From positions 12,834,001-12,898,000 of the forward strand of contig JBHGNT010000005.1 of the NCBI GenBank assembly GCA_043228905.1: a stretch of 64,000 nucleotides of DNA, written 5' to 3'. Position 1 is the first letter of the stretch. Each line of letters opens with the position of its first letter. Of the stretch, positions 30,416-43,553 are shown in pieces. The DNA comes from Azolla caroliniana. Lineage: Eukaryota; Plantae; Polypodiophyta. The notes under the pieces were generated by a model, which was not told the DNA's origin, made no database searches, and was given only the letters and a program-made list of their open reading frames with translations. The position numbers and the translations under genes were made by a program.

Positions 30416-33400
30416 CTACTTCAAAAGATTGCACTCTTGCAATATAAAGTGAGGAAATTGTGCCTTAAGCGAATGCTCGCGTTCCCATGTGGCATCATCA
30501 ATAGGTTTATCCATCCATTTGATCTTGAATAGCCGAATCTCTTTAGAACGTAAACGTTTAGTACGAGAATCAAGAATTCATTCAGGAACATGAGGTTTGT
30601 AAGAAAAATCCTCTAATGTTACAAGATCTTGGATTGTGATGGTGTTATCACCAGAGCCTAAAAATGGTTTTAGACGACTGACGTGAAAAACAGGATGAAT
30701 ACCAACGTTACGAGGTAAGGCAAGGTGATAAGCAGATGACCCAACTCGCTTAAGGATTTCAAATGGGCCACAATATCGTGGGGCTAACTTAGCGCACTTG
30801 CCCGTAGATAATGACGTAGAATCAGTCGGGACACGCAAAAAAACTTTTTGACCAATAGTAAATGCACGAGGACGTCTATCCTGATCAGCATAAAATCGAG
30901 CACGATCTTGAGCTGTCTTGACATTTTCTTTGGCAATATGCAACATTTGGTTCATGTCTTGCAAAAAATTGCGTGTACTGTCTAATGTATCACGATGAAT
31001 CGTGACATCAACTGGGGCACGTGGCTGAAAACCATACATCAACATAAAAGGACTATATCCAGTGGATGTATGTTTAGAGCTATTATAGGCAAATTCTAAG
31101 ATAGGAAGGTATTGCTCCCACTTAGAAGGGGTTTTTGCTACATAAGCTCGAAGCATGTCCTCAATAATTTGATTAACTCGTTCAGTTTGTCCATCAGACT
31201 AAGGATGATCTGCGGAACTCATGCTCAACGTAGTTTCTATTTTCTTAAAGACCTGAGTCCAAAAGTCACTAGTAAACTTGGAATCTCGATCACTAACAAT
31301 ATCCATCGGTAATCCATAAAAACGAAATAACTCATCAACAAATTAATAAGCCAACTGTTGAGCGGTTACCGTGGTTTTTGTAGGAATAAATCTAGCTAAT
31401 TTTGTTAGCCTGTCAACGACAACCCATATGGCATCATGACCCCTCTGTGTACGAGGTAAACTAACAATAAAATCCATCGAGATACTTTCCCATTTATTGT
31501 TGGGAATATCTAAGGGATGTAAAAGACCATCAGCTTTAAGTCGTTCCGACTTATTAATCTGACATTGTAAGCATTGAGTTACGTATTTATGCACGTCAGA
31601 GCGCATCTTAGGCCAGAAAAAAGTACACGAGATGAGAACGAGTGTGCGTTGTATTCCAGGATGACCAGCAGATGGTGCATCATGACATTCATGAAAAATT
31701 TTCTGTTTAACATTTGGTAAATCTGGAACACAGACCTTTCCACTACGGTAGAGCAAACCGTTTGTAATGTGAAAGGTCGCCTTCGAGGGTAGGGTGCTAG
31801 TATCGGCATCTAAACCAGATTCGGCTTTCGTCTAGTATTTTGAGAAATAACTGTCATCAAGGTATTTCCCTCGAAGGTGATCTAAAAGATCAGATTTTAT
31901 TTCCGTGAAGCTAAGCATGTTAACTTCTTTAATGCGACTAAGAGCATCAGCAACGGTGTTCATAGAACCCTTGCGATATCGTATGGAAAAATCAAAATCT
32001 TGCATAAGGTCAGCCCAACGGCCTTTACGACCAACAAGATCGGGCTGGTCACAAAAATACTTTAATGATTGATGGTCTGTTGTAACCACAAATTTATTTC
32101 CATAGAGATAGTGCCTCCATGTTTTAAGTGCGTGTATCACCGCAAACAACTCTTTCTCTTGAACCGAATACCGAGATTGAGCAGCATCAAGCTTCTTACT
32201 TTCAAAAGCAATAGGGTGACCACCTTGATAAAGAACGACACCAATAGCATAATCACTAGCATCGGTTTCAATTGAGAAAGGCTTAGAAGGGTCTGGTAAT
32301 AGAAGAGTGGGAGCCTGACACACATGCTCCTTGAGTGTCTCAAATGATTTGTCAAGTTGTTCATTCCATGAAATTGGTTTGACAGACTTACGTGGATGAC
32401 CTTTTAAAAGGTCAGTTAATGGCGTAGTCAATTTGGAATAGTTACGAATTGATTTTCGTAAAAATCCAACAAACCCTAAGAATGATCTAAGTTCACGAAT
32501 ATTACGAGGAATGGGCCAAAGTTTAACCTTTTCAATACGAGAAGGTTCAATTTCAACGCCATTTTCTGTAATTAAATGACCTAGGTACACAATAGATTTT
32601 TGGAAGAAGTCACATTTTGAATGTTTTGCATAGAAAGAGTTGTCACGCAACTTTCGCAAAACAAATCGAACATGTTGAACATGATCTTGCAAGGTACGGC
32701 TATATATCAAAATATCATCCAAGAAGACGACAACAAAATCACCGAGTTGATCTCGGAAAACATCATTCATCGCTTGTTGGAATGTGGCTGGAGCATTAGT
32801 CAACCCAAATGGCATGACTAAAAACTCATAATGGCCATAGCACGTACGAAAAGCGGTTTTAGGAATATCATCCTCGGCAATGCGAATCTGATGATAACCA
32901 GTTCGTAAGTCAATTTTCGTAAAATATCGAGCCCCGTGCAAACGATCAATCAAATCATCGGCACGAGGTAATGGATATGCATTCTTAATTGTCATTTTAT
33001 TCAAACGGCGATAATTGATACACATTCGCCACAAACCTTCCTTCTTCTTGACTAATAGAACTGGCGCACCCCAAGGTGATTTACTATACCTAATGTGGCC
33101 CATACTCAAGTATTCCTTAAGTTGTTTAGCGATCTCATCCTCTTCTAATCGACTAAGTCGGTAAGGTGGAATGCTCACAGGAGCAGCCCCAGGGATGAGT
33201 TCAATTTGATGGTCCACATTACGTTTAGGTGGTAAAGTAAGCGGTAATTCAGTAGGAAACACATCTTGAAAATCCTCTAAAATAGAGTCGAGTAATCGTT
33301 GCTCAAAATGTGGTAATTGTGTGGCGTCAATATTAAAATAATAAAATTGAACCGCAGGATCAATTACACACGAATAAATTAATGAACTAGAATACTCACT

Positions 33401-34819
33401 TAAAGATTTAGAAGACACAAGTGAATGAGAAGGAAGTTTGGAACATTGAATAAAATGTTTACAATTATTAAGTTCAAATGTGATTGAGTGATTAACCTAA
33501 TCAATGGACAAAGAAGGGTTTTTATTAAAAAACCAAGGATATCCTAAAATGACATCTGCGGATTGTAATTTCATAACATGAAAGTCACGCTTCTCCAAAT
33601 AAGTATCTATTTGAATTGGCAGTTGACAAACAATGCCACTGATGTATTGAACGTTTCCATTTGCCATGTGAACTTGATAGATATGATCACTTGCGTTTAT
33701 GTGGAGCTCCATTTGCTGCACAAAGTGATCATTAAGAAAATTGTGAGAACTACCGGAATCAAACAAGAAATGTGCTTGTGTTCCATTGATATATCCGACT
33801 GCTCGGAGTAAATCATTAGGTCCAAGTAAATGTGAAGGAAAAGTGCATTCACATAAACTTAAGTGATTGGTATGAACTTCAACAATATCAAAAGACTCAC
33901 CTGTGTGACTCGTAGATTTGTCTTGAGGAGGGGTGTTCATTGACTTCCTCTCAAGACGAAGACAGGTATCCTTTGTGTGGCCCCGCTTCTTGCAATATGC
34001 ACAGAAGAGATTCAGTTTCTTTGAGTCGCGGTCAAGAGTGTCACTGGATTGCTTACGTTTCCCAATGAACTTGACATTCGGAGTTTTGGCGAACTCAGGT
34101 TTATTGTGGTCTTTCTTGGAAGTCCTATGGTATCGCAGCACAATGTTGACGGCTTCCTCGAAAGTTGTGGGGTCCTTGTCATGGAAGATCCAATGATAAT
34201 CCCCATTGGGAATACCATTCAAAAAACAAGCGACAAACCATTTCTCACCCGTAAGTCCCGATTTTTGGATCTGGGTCCGAGCGTGATGCACATAATCCTC
34301 GAGAGAGGTAAATGGCTTACTAGACAATGTGAGCAAGTGTTGCGCTTGTTCGGTTTGAGAAGGTGGCTGCAAGAATTGTTTCTTAAAAACATCAACGAAA
34401 CCTTCCCAAGTTGTGGGTAAGTTTTTTGCGGTCCTTAGGCCACGCCACCAAGCAGCAGCTCGGCCACCTAACTCACGACCGACATAACCAATTTTTACTG
34501 CATCGGGCTTGGGATGAAGCTCAAAGTGAGACTCCCAACGACCAAGCCAAGTGCTAATAGCCTCCTCGGTTCTTTCTTTCTTATCTCCCTTGAAAGGCGT
34601 GACTACGAAGGAAGGTTCACCTTCTTTCTTGGACTCAATAGTTAATTCTTGGAATTTCTTTTCCAATGCCATATTGGCCTGTCTCATTTCGGCCAATTGA
34701 TTCAAGGTAGTAGTGAGCAATTGCTCAATAGTGATCTCAGCTTGTGTGCGAGATGCGGATTGGGGTTGAGAGGTCTCATTTGGAGAGATCGTTCCAACTG
34801 CGTTCAAAACTTGTTCCAT
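30416..34819 (-). pseudogene. Single-frame gag-pol of F with five premature stops
   Basis: ORFs 33497-34819, 31832-33418, 31343-31756 and 30578-31156 share one frame. CAYCKKRGHTKDTC, LFDSGSSHNF, FLDDILIYS, TDASDY, SISMDF, GPF and a C-terminal chromo-like KIKW...DATWE. Confidence 0.93.
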
Positions 34820-35818
34820 GATGCACGCTGTGGGTATGCAATAAAATAAGGAGGTTCAGAAAATACACAAGCAAAATGAATGCTTGAAATTTTGATTGAA
34901 AGAACTTTATCCAAGAAAGTATCTCATGTCTTTACCCCTCTAGACATATGAGATGTGATTCGAGATCCGATAACTATGGTAACACTATGGTGTTTTAAAA
35001 ACCATGGGGGACAACATAGCTAAGATGTATTTCTCGGATCTCTATCTTGAGTAATCATGGCGGCTCCCCGAGGCTCAACCATGGTTCTTACATCAATGAA
35101 ATTTCTTAGATAGCCTTATATTAATGCCAACCCATCATGTATTATATGGTCGAGAAAGTGTATTACGTGAAAAAACAAGTGCACTCACAAGTAATATTCT
35201 AGTCTTGCGAGCAATAAGCAAACGTGATGATAAAATGATAAAATAAGGCACTACTCATAAGAGTTAAGTAGTGACGAAAACAAGGGTAAAAAAAAAGAAC
35301 CCATGTGTTACCTACGAAAAAAACAATGTCACAAATAAATGGGAAGTGCAAGGTATGCACATATACATCCCAATATGATTGTTATAACTTGCACAATTGT
35401 GACATAAGCCACAAATTGATACAAGTGATGACGGTGTTGTGCGCAAAGATGTAATACTCAAATCCATGAGTAAAACATCAATAAGGGAACTCATATGGTT
35501 TTACTCGTTTTCTAAGGCTTGATGATAAGAGTTAAACCTAGATGACCCGTTGAAAAAAAATCGTTCAACAAGCCACTCCATACGAAAAAATAGTCTACAC
35601 GTAAAGGTTACATTAAAAATAAACGATGTAAATACTTTATACATGAAAAGGAAGTGGAAAAAGGAGAGTTAATTGTGGGCGGGTAAATAATAATTACTAG
35701 AAAATCATATAAGTGAAACAATACTTATGAAATTAAAATTTAATTAGAATAATCAACAATTAGGTGTATGGAATCAAACATGCCCTAAGATACGAAACCC
35801 TAGGGTAGTTGACATGGA

Positions 35819-36335
35819 CCTCCTCAAGACCACCACATATCCCTAGAATCGGCCAAGTAATGGCTAATTAAAGAGGAAAGTGGCATAGGTAAGTGACATA
35901 TACCTCGTCAAGGCCACATCATCCCTTAGAATCGGCCAATTGATGGCTAATTAAAAAGGAAAGTGGCATATGTAAGCTACATATACCTTGTCAAGGCCAC
36001 AACATCCCATAGAATCGGCCAATTGATGGCTTAATAGAGAGTAGAGTGGCATAGGTAGGCAACATACACCTCGTCAAGGCCACATCATCCCTTAGAATCG
36101 GCCAAGTGATGGCTCAATAGAGGGGAAGAGTGGTATACTCAACATCATATGCAAAACGGCCATGAGATAAGCGTGTGCGATTAGAGCAAACACGCTCGAC
36201 CCAATGCACAAGAATAATTATTATCGTAAGAGTTCAAGAGAGGAGAGAGTGGGATATATATCGCAATATGCAAAAGGCCATGAATTGAGCGTGTGCGATT
36301 AGTGCAAACACGCTCGGCCCGATGCATAATAATAA
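35819..36335. repeat. Tandem repeats in the long 5' leader of F: ~83-bp unit x ~4 (35819-36135), then a ~70-bp hairpin-containing unit x2
   Basis: CAAG(G/A)CCAC..TAGAATCGGCCAA..ATGGCT recurs at ~83-bp period. AGCGTGTGCGATTAG.GCAAACACGCT occurs at ~36170 and ~36288. Confidence 0.85.
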
Positions 36336-38681
36336 GTAAAATCGTAGCGTAGTAGGAGGTAGAAAGAAAGAGAATAAAACGTAATACCAATTTGATTCGA
36401 CCATAAAGAACGCATAATAGAAAAAGAGAAGAGATCAAAAAAGAAGAATACCGGGTTTAGAGTGTTGTTTTGATCCTGAGAAGAGCATGACGAGCCTTGT
36501 TAGATCCCCCTCGCTCACACGCAAAAAACATCAAAACAACAAAAAAATTGTTAGTAAAAGCTCTGATACCACTGTTAAGAGTCTATTACTAATCAATAGA
36601 CCAAATCAAGTAAAAAGGAAGAAAATAGATTGGATAGAAGAACCCGTTCCACCCGACCACCCCCGAGCTATGATCTAGACATAGCCAACCTACCACCGAC
36701 GTCCCATACCGCCGGATATTAGGATGACTAATACCTTGGAAGAGATAAACACGATCGTCGAGACGAAAGCCTAGCCCGCACCACCGGTGTCTACGACAGC
36801 AGCCTTCCGACGTGATGATCCTTATGAGGGTAGCTAAGCCTCATATTTATACCTTTTCCTAGGCCCCTTGAATAGATGTGCCTTTCTAAAAGGCTCTCTA
36901 TTCATTGGTTGTCTAAATCATGATAGTGCATGCACATATCATTCATTCTATCCAATCATTAGTCCCCTTTTTAATAATAGTGAACATACCCTTCACTAAT
37001 GTAAATATTAGTGACCTACCCTCACCAACGTTATGTGTACATAACAGGATGGCACCTCCACCAGATGGACGTGAAAAATGCTTTCCTCCAAGGAGAGTTA
37101 GAAGAAGAGGTGTACATGATACGACCACCCGGATTCGAATCGCGTAAACATCCGCACGCCGTATGCCGACTCAAAAAGCCACTCTACGACCTCAAACAAG
37201 CACCGTGTGCTTGGCATTCGAAGATCACACAATATCTTCATCAAGTCGGATTTCAGATGTCAAAATCCGATACTTCTCTGTACATCCGAAATGAGTCGAA
37301 TAGCCCGATCATCATCATCCTATTCGTGGATGACTTGGTCATCGAAGGAAAGGATCTCATTGAGATCAACAAAGTCAAAACACTTCTCTCCTACAGATTC
37401 GAAATGAAAGACCTGCACGAACTCCATTACTTCCTAGGCATTGAAGTAATTTGGATACCAGTTGGGATAATGATCTCACAACGGCACTATGTCCTTAACT
37501 TACTCTACAAGTTCGGAATGACCGACTGTAAGCCTATGTCTACCCCTCTCGATCGTAACCTAAAGATTGATGCCAATTCCGGAACTGCTGAGAGTGAGCC
37601 GACTCAGTATCAACAACAGATCGGTAGTTTGATCTATCTAACCATTACGCGACCTGACCTCAGTTATTCAATCGGCCTACTTAGGCAATTCATGCAGAAT
37701 CCACGAAACCTTCATCTTGATTGTGCTAAGAGGATACTACAGTATGTCAATACGACAATGGCCTACGATATCATGTATAAGTCGAACACGACTATTCGAC
37801 TTGAAGGGTACACCGACGCGGACTAGGCAGGATATAAAGTGGATAGACGATCCACCTCAGGATTTGTCTTCTCCCTCGGCAGTGGAGAAATCTCCTGGAG
37901 CAGCAAGAAACAACTGACAGTCGCACTGTCGAGCACGGAAGCCGAATATAGGGGCGCAATAGTCGCCGCATGAGAAGCCGTATGGCTTAAACGCATACTA
38001 AAGGATCTGGGCGTTCCCATCAACGATCCAATTCGTCTCTACTGCGACAACATGAGCAGTATCTACCTGGCGTGGAACCCCGTCTTTCACGCGCGGACTA
38101 AACATATCGAAGTGCATTACCACTTCATTCGTGAGCGCGTAGCATACAGGCCGGCGAGATCGATCTACAACATACCAGTACACACCTCCAAGTTGCTGAT
38201 ATGTTTACGAAGGCCTTGGGAATTGACAAGCTCGGGCAATTTGCATCGGACATTGGTCTCACAACATCTACATTGCCGAACTTGAGGGGGAGTACAGGTA
38301 CAGGCGACATGGAAGCAATACACAACGATACGCAACACATACGCAATTGATCAAGTACGCGAGTATGCAACACAGTTGACTAGACAAGTCGAAGTACGAA
38401 CCAAACAACCTTCTCGATAGATAGAAGTTGTGCTCGAAGGGGCGTGTTGAGAGTCGAACACAACTTCCCTTAGATAGGTTTCACACTAGCTCATGGACAT
38501 GTTGGGCTAGTTTTGTAAATAATAGAAAGGGCACTTGCCCTAGCTTAGTTGGTATATAAACCAACGCATTGTAACTTAGTTGTTGTTGGATGTTTTATGC
38601 TTTGATGTAATTTTGGTTAATATACAGTTTGTCTATCTCTGTCGTAAAAGCTCTCTCTCTCACTCCCTCTCTCTATGTCTT

Positions 38682-38746
<65 letters not shown>

Positions 38747-41593
38747 ATATTCCACTGCATTATAACCACTCTTGCCTCCTCATTTCTTTACAAAACGGAT
38801 AAACAAGTATCAAGTTATGTGAGTGTGAAGTTTGAGAAGATTGGGAAAAACAAAACTATGAGATATCCCACATAGATAGGACAACATTGGATCCCATATT
38901 ATATAAGGAGATCTAGAACCTATTACTTTATGTCTATGTGTGAAGCATAGAATGTTTACGGTGACTTGGCCTAAATTGTGTGGATGAATGGCTCAAATGA
39001 TTTTGGGTCACGGCGTACGGCCCGGTCGGGACGTGCGTGCCTATGTGTACACGGTGCGGTCGGTGTGCATGGACACGTACATGGCGCATGTGCGCGTGTG
39101 CATACATGGCGCGGTCGGGACGTGTGCATGTGGATGCGTCTACGGTTTGGTTGCGATGCACATACGGATTATGCACGGGCTGAACTTTATGGATCATGTG
39201 GCCGAATTATGCAAACGGTCGCATGCAACTAAAAGTAAAGACGAAGCAACTAAAAAAAAGAGGCCATGCAACTAAAAATAAAGGCCAAGCAATTAAAAAT
39301 GGAGGCCATGCAACTAAAAGCCATGCAACTAAACGTGGGGTAGGGAAAGGAACATGAAAGGGGGAATCAACAAAGAAACCCATATAAAATTTGCATTTTT
39401 TTCCTACACTCGGGGCTCTCTCCATTTTTTTTTCTTTTCCTTCTCTCCCTTATCTTACGGAAGCCATAAGACTCAAAAACCCTAATTTTCCCTACGGAAG
39501 CCATATCTCTCAAAACCCCTAATTTTTCTTTTCTATTAATCTTAGTAAACCTAAAACTTCTAAATCCCAATCTTGGGACATATTGTAATTTTTCTCTTTC
39601 TTTACTAATAAAATTTATCAAACTTTGTCATATCGATTAATTCTTAATACAAAAACGAACGAATTTGATATCCTCTGGTAGTAGGCCCCGGGGTCCTGCC
39701 TCAAGTTCATGTGTCCTCGTCGTATTTTCGTGACAACGCCGAGCATCCATGCGGAGGTGCTCGAAGTGCAAGTGGACTCTCGTAATTGGGTAGACTTCGA
39801 GGGGCGGCTACTTGAGAAGTACAGCTTCGATGATTCTCTTCAGTTGTCGAAGAAGGACCTTATGGATTGGGTCGAGAGCCCCGACAAGGGAGGGAATACG
39901 TCAACCGTGCTTCAGGAGTTTGAAAGGCGGTTCACATGACTCTCGACACTAGACTGGACTGTGCTCGATACAAGCAAGGTCCTACTAGTTGTGATGTCGG
40001 TCGACGTGCTCGACCGCGAGAAGGTTGGTCTCCTCTTGGAAACGAATGAAGGGCTCATGGCTGACTGGGCCGTGGTCAAAAGAGTTTGCGGCCGTTTTGA
40101 CAAGCAGGTGCCAGGAGGAAACTAAAGGAACCGCTTTTGACGAGAACGAACGAAACGAGACGGTGGCTTGAGTCGGGCATGACGCCAACCAATGTGGTCG
40201 CAGGACCGTCCGGGGGCGCAACTCTAGAGGAGTTGACGAAGATGACGCGCGATCTCCAGATCGCGCAAGCTTGGAGAGATGGCGGGGGACAATCGCGTGT
40301 CCGGAGGCCTCCGGTAGAACAACGATGCATGTGGTGCGATGTCGTCGGCCACATCCAAAGGGAGTGCGCCGATTTCGTAGAAGCACTCAAGAGAAATGTA
40401 GTGTAACTCTGGAACGAGCGAGTACATGCATGCGATACGCGAAGGCCCCTCGATGTGAACACCGGACGAGGTGGCATGAAGAGGATAATGGAGGAAGTCG
40501 CGGCCTGGAATGCTGAGGCCATACACTATTCGGTGTCGGCAGGGATCCGGGTAGGTGGAGAGAAGGGTGCCACATCCGAAAGCAGCACGAGATTTTGGCC
40601 GCTCGTAAGTACTGGAAGGCCTATCGAGAGTGAGGCTAAGGAAGGACGAGATGGCCCGCGCGGAGAGACGGGTCCAAGAGGGCATTGGGTGGAGTGATTT
40701 GGTAGAAGAGAAAACCGGCTTTGTAGAGGCCGTGTGCCAGAACTACAAGGCTATGGTTGAAGACAAGCGGGCTGGAAAATTCGAAGGGATCGGACCTTCG
40801 AACCAATACGAGACCCGAAGCGGTCCAAAGAGAAATGACGGAGGCCCGTCCGGCCCACAGGAGAGGACGAAGTTGCTGAGCTTCCGGTTGAGCTCAGAGA
40901 TCGAAAAGGTGACGGACCTACGAAAGGTCTTGGAGGAGCGGATCCTTGAGCGTTGAGTGGAACTCACGCTACGGGAAGTGCTAGGGATAGCAAAGAAGGA
41001 GTTCCACGATTATATCGTGGACCTGGTAAAGAGGAAGCGGCTCTCGACAAAGCCAGAGCCGGAGAAGCTGGTTGAAGTAAAGGCGACCCACATCGAAGAG
41101 GTGGCAATGGAAGAGGAGTTCCCGTAGAGCCAATATATGAACCTACACTGGGATAGAGCGACAACGGAGACCCCTGTCCGAATCGGGGACGTGAAGGAGC
41201 CGGTGGTGGCGCTAATCGACCATGGGTCGGAGATTAACTTAATGTCCATGAACTTCTACAAGAAGGTAAATGGCCGGTCAATACAAAGCATGGGTGGAAG
41301 ATACGCGTGTCGACTCGCGTTACCGAAGAGCTTCACGGTGCGTGCCTAAATGTTCGAGTAAAGATCGGCAATGTCGAGATCGACTGTCACTTTTTCGTCC
41401 AGGAAACATCCTCGCATCTGGTGATACTCAGTGAGCCTTAAATTACGGCGGCTCATATGGAGACCAAAGTGCTGGACAATGGGTTGGCATACGCAAGGGT
41501 GAAGAGCCAGGACGGTAAGCACTCCGTCCAATTCCTGATGGTGAGGTCGAATCATGAACGAAACCATGATTCTCTCGAAGGCGAGGTCCAAGG

Positions 41594-41659
41594 GGATGTT
41601 TAGAGAGGATTATCAAGGCGTGGGGCCAGGATAATCTGGACAACCGGAAGAATCCCCAC
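41594..41659 (+). other. Frameshift signal of element B (heptamer mutated to G_GAT_GTT; pseudoknot retained)
   Basis: Stem 1 is GGATTATC 41607-41614 with GATAATCT 41630-41637. Stem 2 is GTGGGG 41620-41625 with CCCCAC 41654-41659. Confidence 0.7.
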
Positions 41660-43039
41660 ACTTGTACCATAAGTAGGAAAATTTGGCCCTTTGTTAACGG
41701 AGGTTGTACCATAGCCGACATCGATGGCGGGGAGAAGAAGTGGGTCGAAGGATGCTTGAAGGCCTGCGACGCCTTAGGCTCCGACGATGAGATCAATGGT
41801 GCCGTGGAGGCGGTCTCATTTGATGACACTCTTGGGGAGATCGAGAGGTTGGCTAAAGAGGACCTACCCGAAGACCGGATTATCCCGGTCAGTTCGGTCA
41901 AAATGTACGAGGTCATTGCGGACTTCGGTAGGATGGTCGGGTTGGATCAAACGGCCCTAGTAAGCACGAAGTACAAGACTGTGGACCGGAAGGTGAGGCA
42001 AATCGCGGCTCCCTTGCCGGAGGACAGCTCGGAGCAAATGAAAGGGGTCGCGACCGACCCAAGTTTACGAGATCCGGCTGACATAGGACACCGGTTCACC
42101 GACGAGACGCTATGAGAGCTCAAGATCGGTAGGGGTGGTTTCATACTGCCCGCGGAGGAAGACCGGTTTCGAACAATGCTTGGAGGGCACAAGAAAGCCT
42201 TCACACTCTTGTTGGGGGAGATCGGGTGCGTCGACTTGACGATCGTGTAGCCAATGGTGATCTTCATGGTACCGCGCGTACCGTGGAATCTCACGCCGGT
42301 TCTGGTGTCGAGAGGTCACATACCGAAGTTGAAGGAGCTGCTCAAACAGAAGATCGGGATGGGAATCCTCGAGCCGTCGAGCGCCCCATACTCGAATCAG
42401 TGGTTTACGGTGCTGAAGAAGAACGACACGCTACACTTCATTCAGGACCTGCAGCCGGTCAACAAGGTGACCATTCGAAACGTAGGGATTGGGCCGCCAA
42501 TTGACAGTTTGCGGAGGCCTTCGCAGGGAGGTCGATCTACTTAGTCGACAACTTGTATTCCGGATGTGACCAGTTCCAGCTAGCCGTGGAGAGTAGGGAT
42601 ATCACGACCATGCAAACCCCTCTCGGCCTAGTTCGAATGTGTACCCTGTCACAAGGAGGGACCAACTCGGTGGCGCACATGGTGAATGCAATGAACAAGG
42701 TTTTGCGGGACTACATCCCGGACATCACCATACCTTTCTTGGATGACATCCTGATCAAGGGATGTTCGAAGGAAGCTTTGTTGTGGACCACATCTCCGAC
42801 TGCGAGAAGATACTACAGAGGATTGATGGTGCTCGGCTTACCTTCTCCGGGGAGAAGTCGGCTTTTGGACAATCCGAGATCCTAGTCGTGGGGCACCTGC
42901 GCGGACCATACGACTAGAAACTGTCTTCGGTGAAGGTAGAGGCCATCTCCACGATGAAGGAGGAATGCAGGTCGGTCACGGAAGTTCGACGATTGCTGGG
43001 GGCGTGTGCCTTCTACCACATTTGGATCCCGCACTACGC

Positions 43040-43511
43040 TGTCGTGAAGATTATGGGCCATAAGAGGAAATGGTGTGAAACACGCAGGAACACGGGTGTG
43101 CACGAGTGCACATCCATGCTGAATTAAAATATGTAAATACTAGGTATTGGTAGGATGAGGGGTGCTAGGTGGTCATAATAGGAATTATGACCTCGCGAAG
43201 GGAGGGAGAGTTACGAGGAGTGTGAATCGAGGAGAACATCTAGGAAGGATAATGACAGGTCTTAAAGGCTTTTGTAACGGTCGCTCCTTGCGCTATAAAA
43301 GGGGCGGCCTCAAACTGTTTTACGGGGGGGCCCGATAGAGAGGAGAAGAGGGGGAAGCAGATGAGCTCTACACTCCATCACCAGCTTTGATCCGGTTGTA
43401 ATCGATTACCACGCCGTGCGCGCATTTTGATTAATATAACCCTATCTACTTGATACAAGCTGTTCACTGCGTCTCGGTCTGTCTGTCTGTGTGGGTGTCC
43501 GTGGCTACGCA

Positions 43512-43553
<42 letters not shown>

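Larger units (their letters stand above)
29935..37046 (-). mobile_element. Full-length chromodomain-bearing Ty3/Gypsy element F. LTRs 29935-30408 and 36573-37046 (474 bp); PBS(Met-i) 36560-36571; TSD GGATG
   Basis: LTRs differ at one position by eye. GCTCTGATACCA is the PBS complement; PPT complement at 30409-30421. GGATG at 29930-29934 and 37047-37051. Confidence 0.96.
26673..38350 (+). pseudogene. Copia E gag-pol with multiple stops and frameshifts, interrupted by element F at 29935-37046
   Basis: CGYCGKPGHYEEEC (zinc knuckle), WFVDSGASNHM (PR), LWHKR..CEACQFGK (IN), RLVAKGY/HQMDVKNAF/LFVDD (RT), KHIEVHYHFIRE (RH). Confidence 0.92.
26258..38792 (+). mobile_element. Full-length Ty1/Copia element E. 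LTRs 26258-26571 and 38445-38792; PBS(Met-i) 26572-26583; TSD AAACG
   Basis: TGTTGAG...TTTACA LTR pair, TGGTATCAGAGC PBS, purine tract GAAGGGGCG. AAACG at 26253-26257 and 38793-38797. Gene order gag-PR-IN-RT-RH. Confidence 0.95.
26130..39735 (+). mobile_element. Solo LTR D (26130-26257 plus 38798-39735), family W and related to the G LTR, split by Copia E
   Basis: TGTCATG...CGTGACA. Flanks ATGA/ACGC (decayed ACGC TSD). 38860-38950 aligns with 46925-47020 (TGAGATATCCCACATAG..TGTCTATGTGTG.AGCATAGA). Confidence 0.75.
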
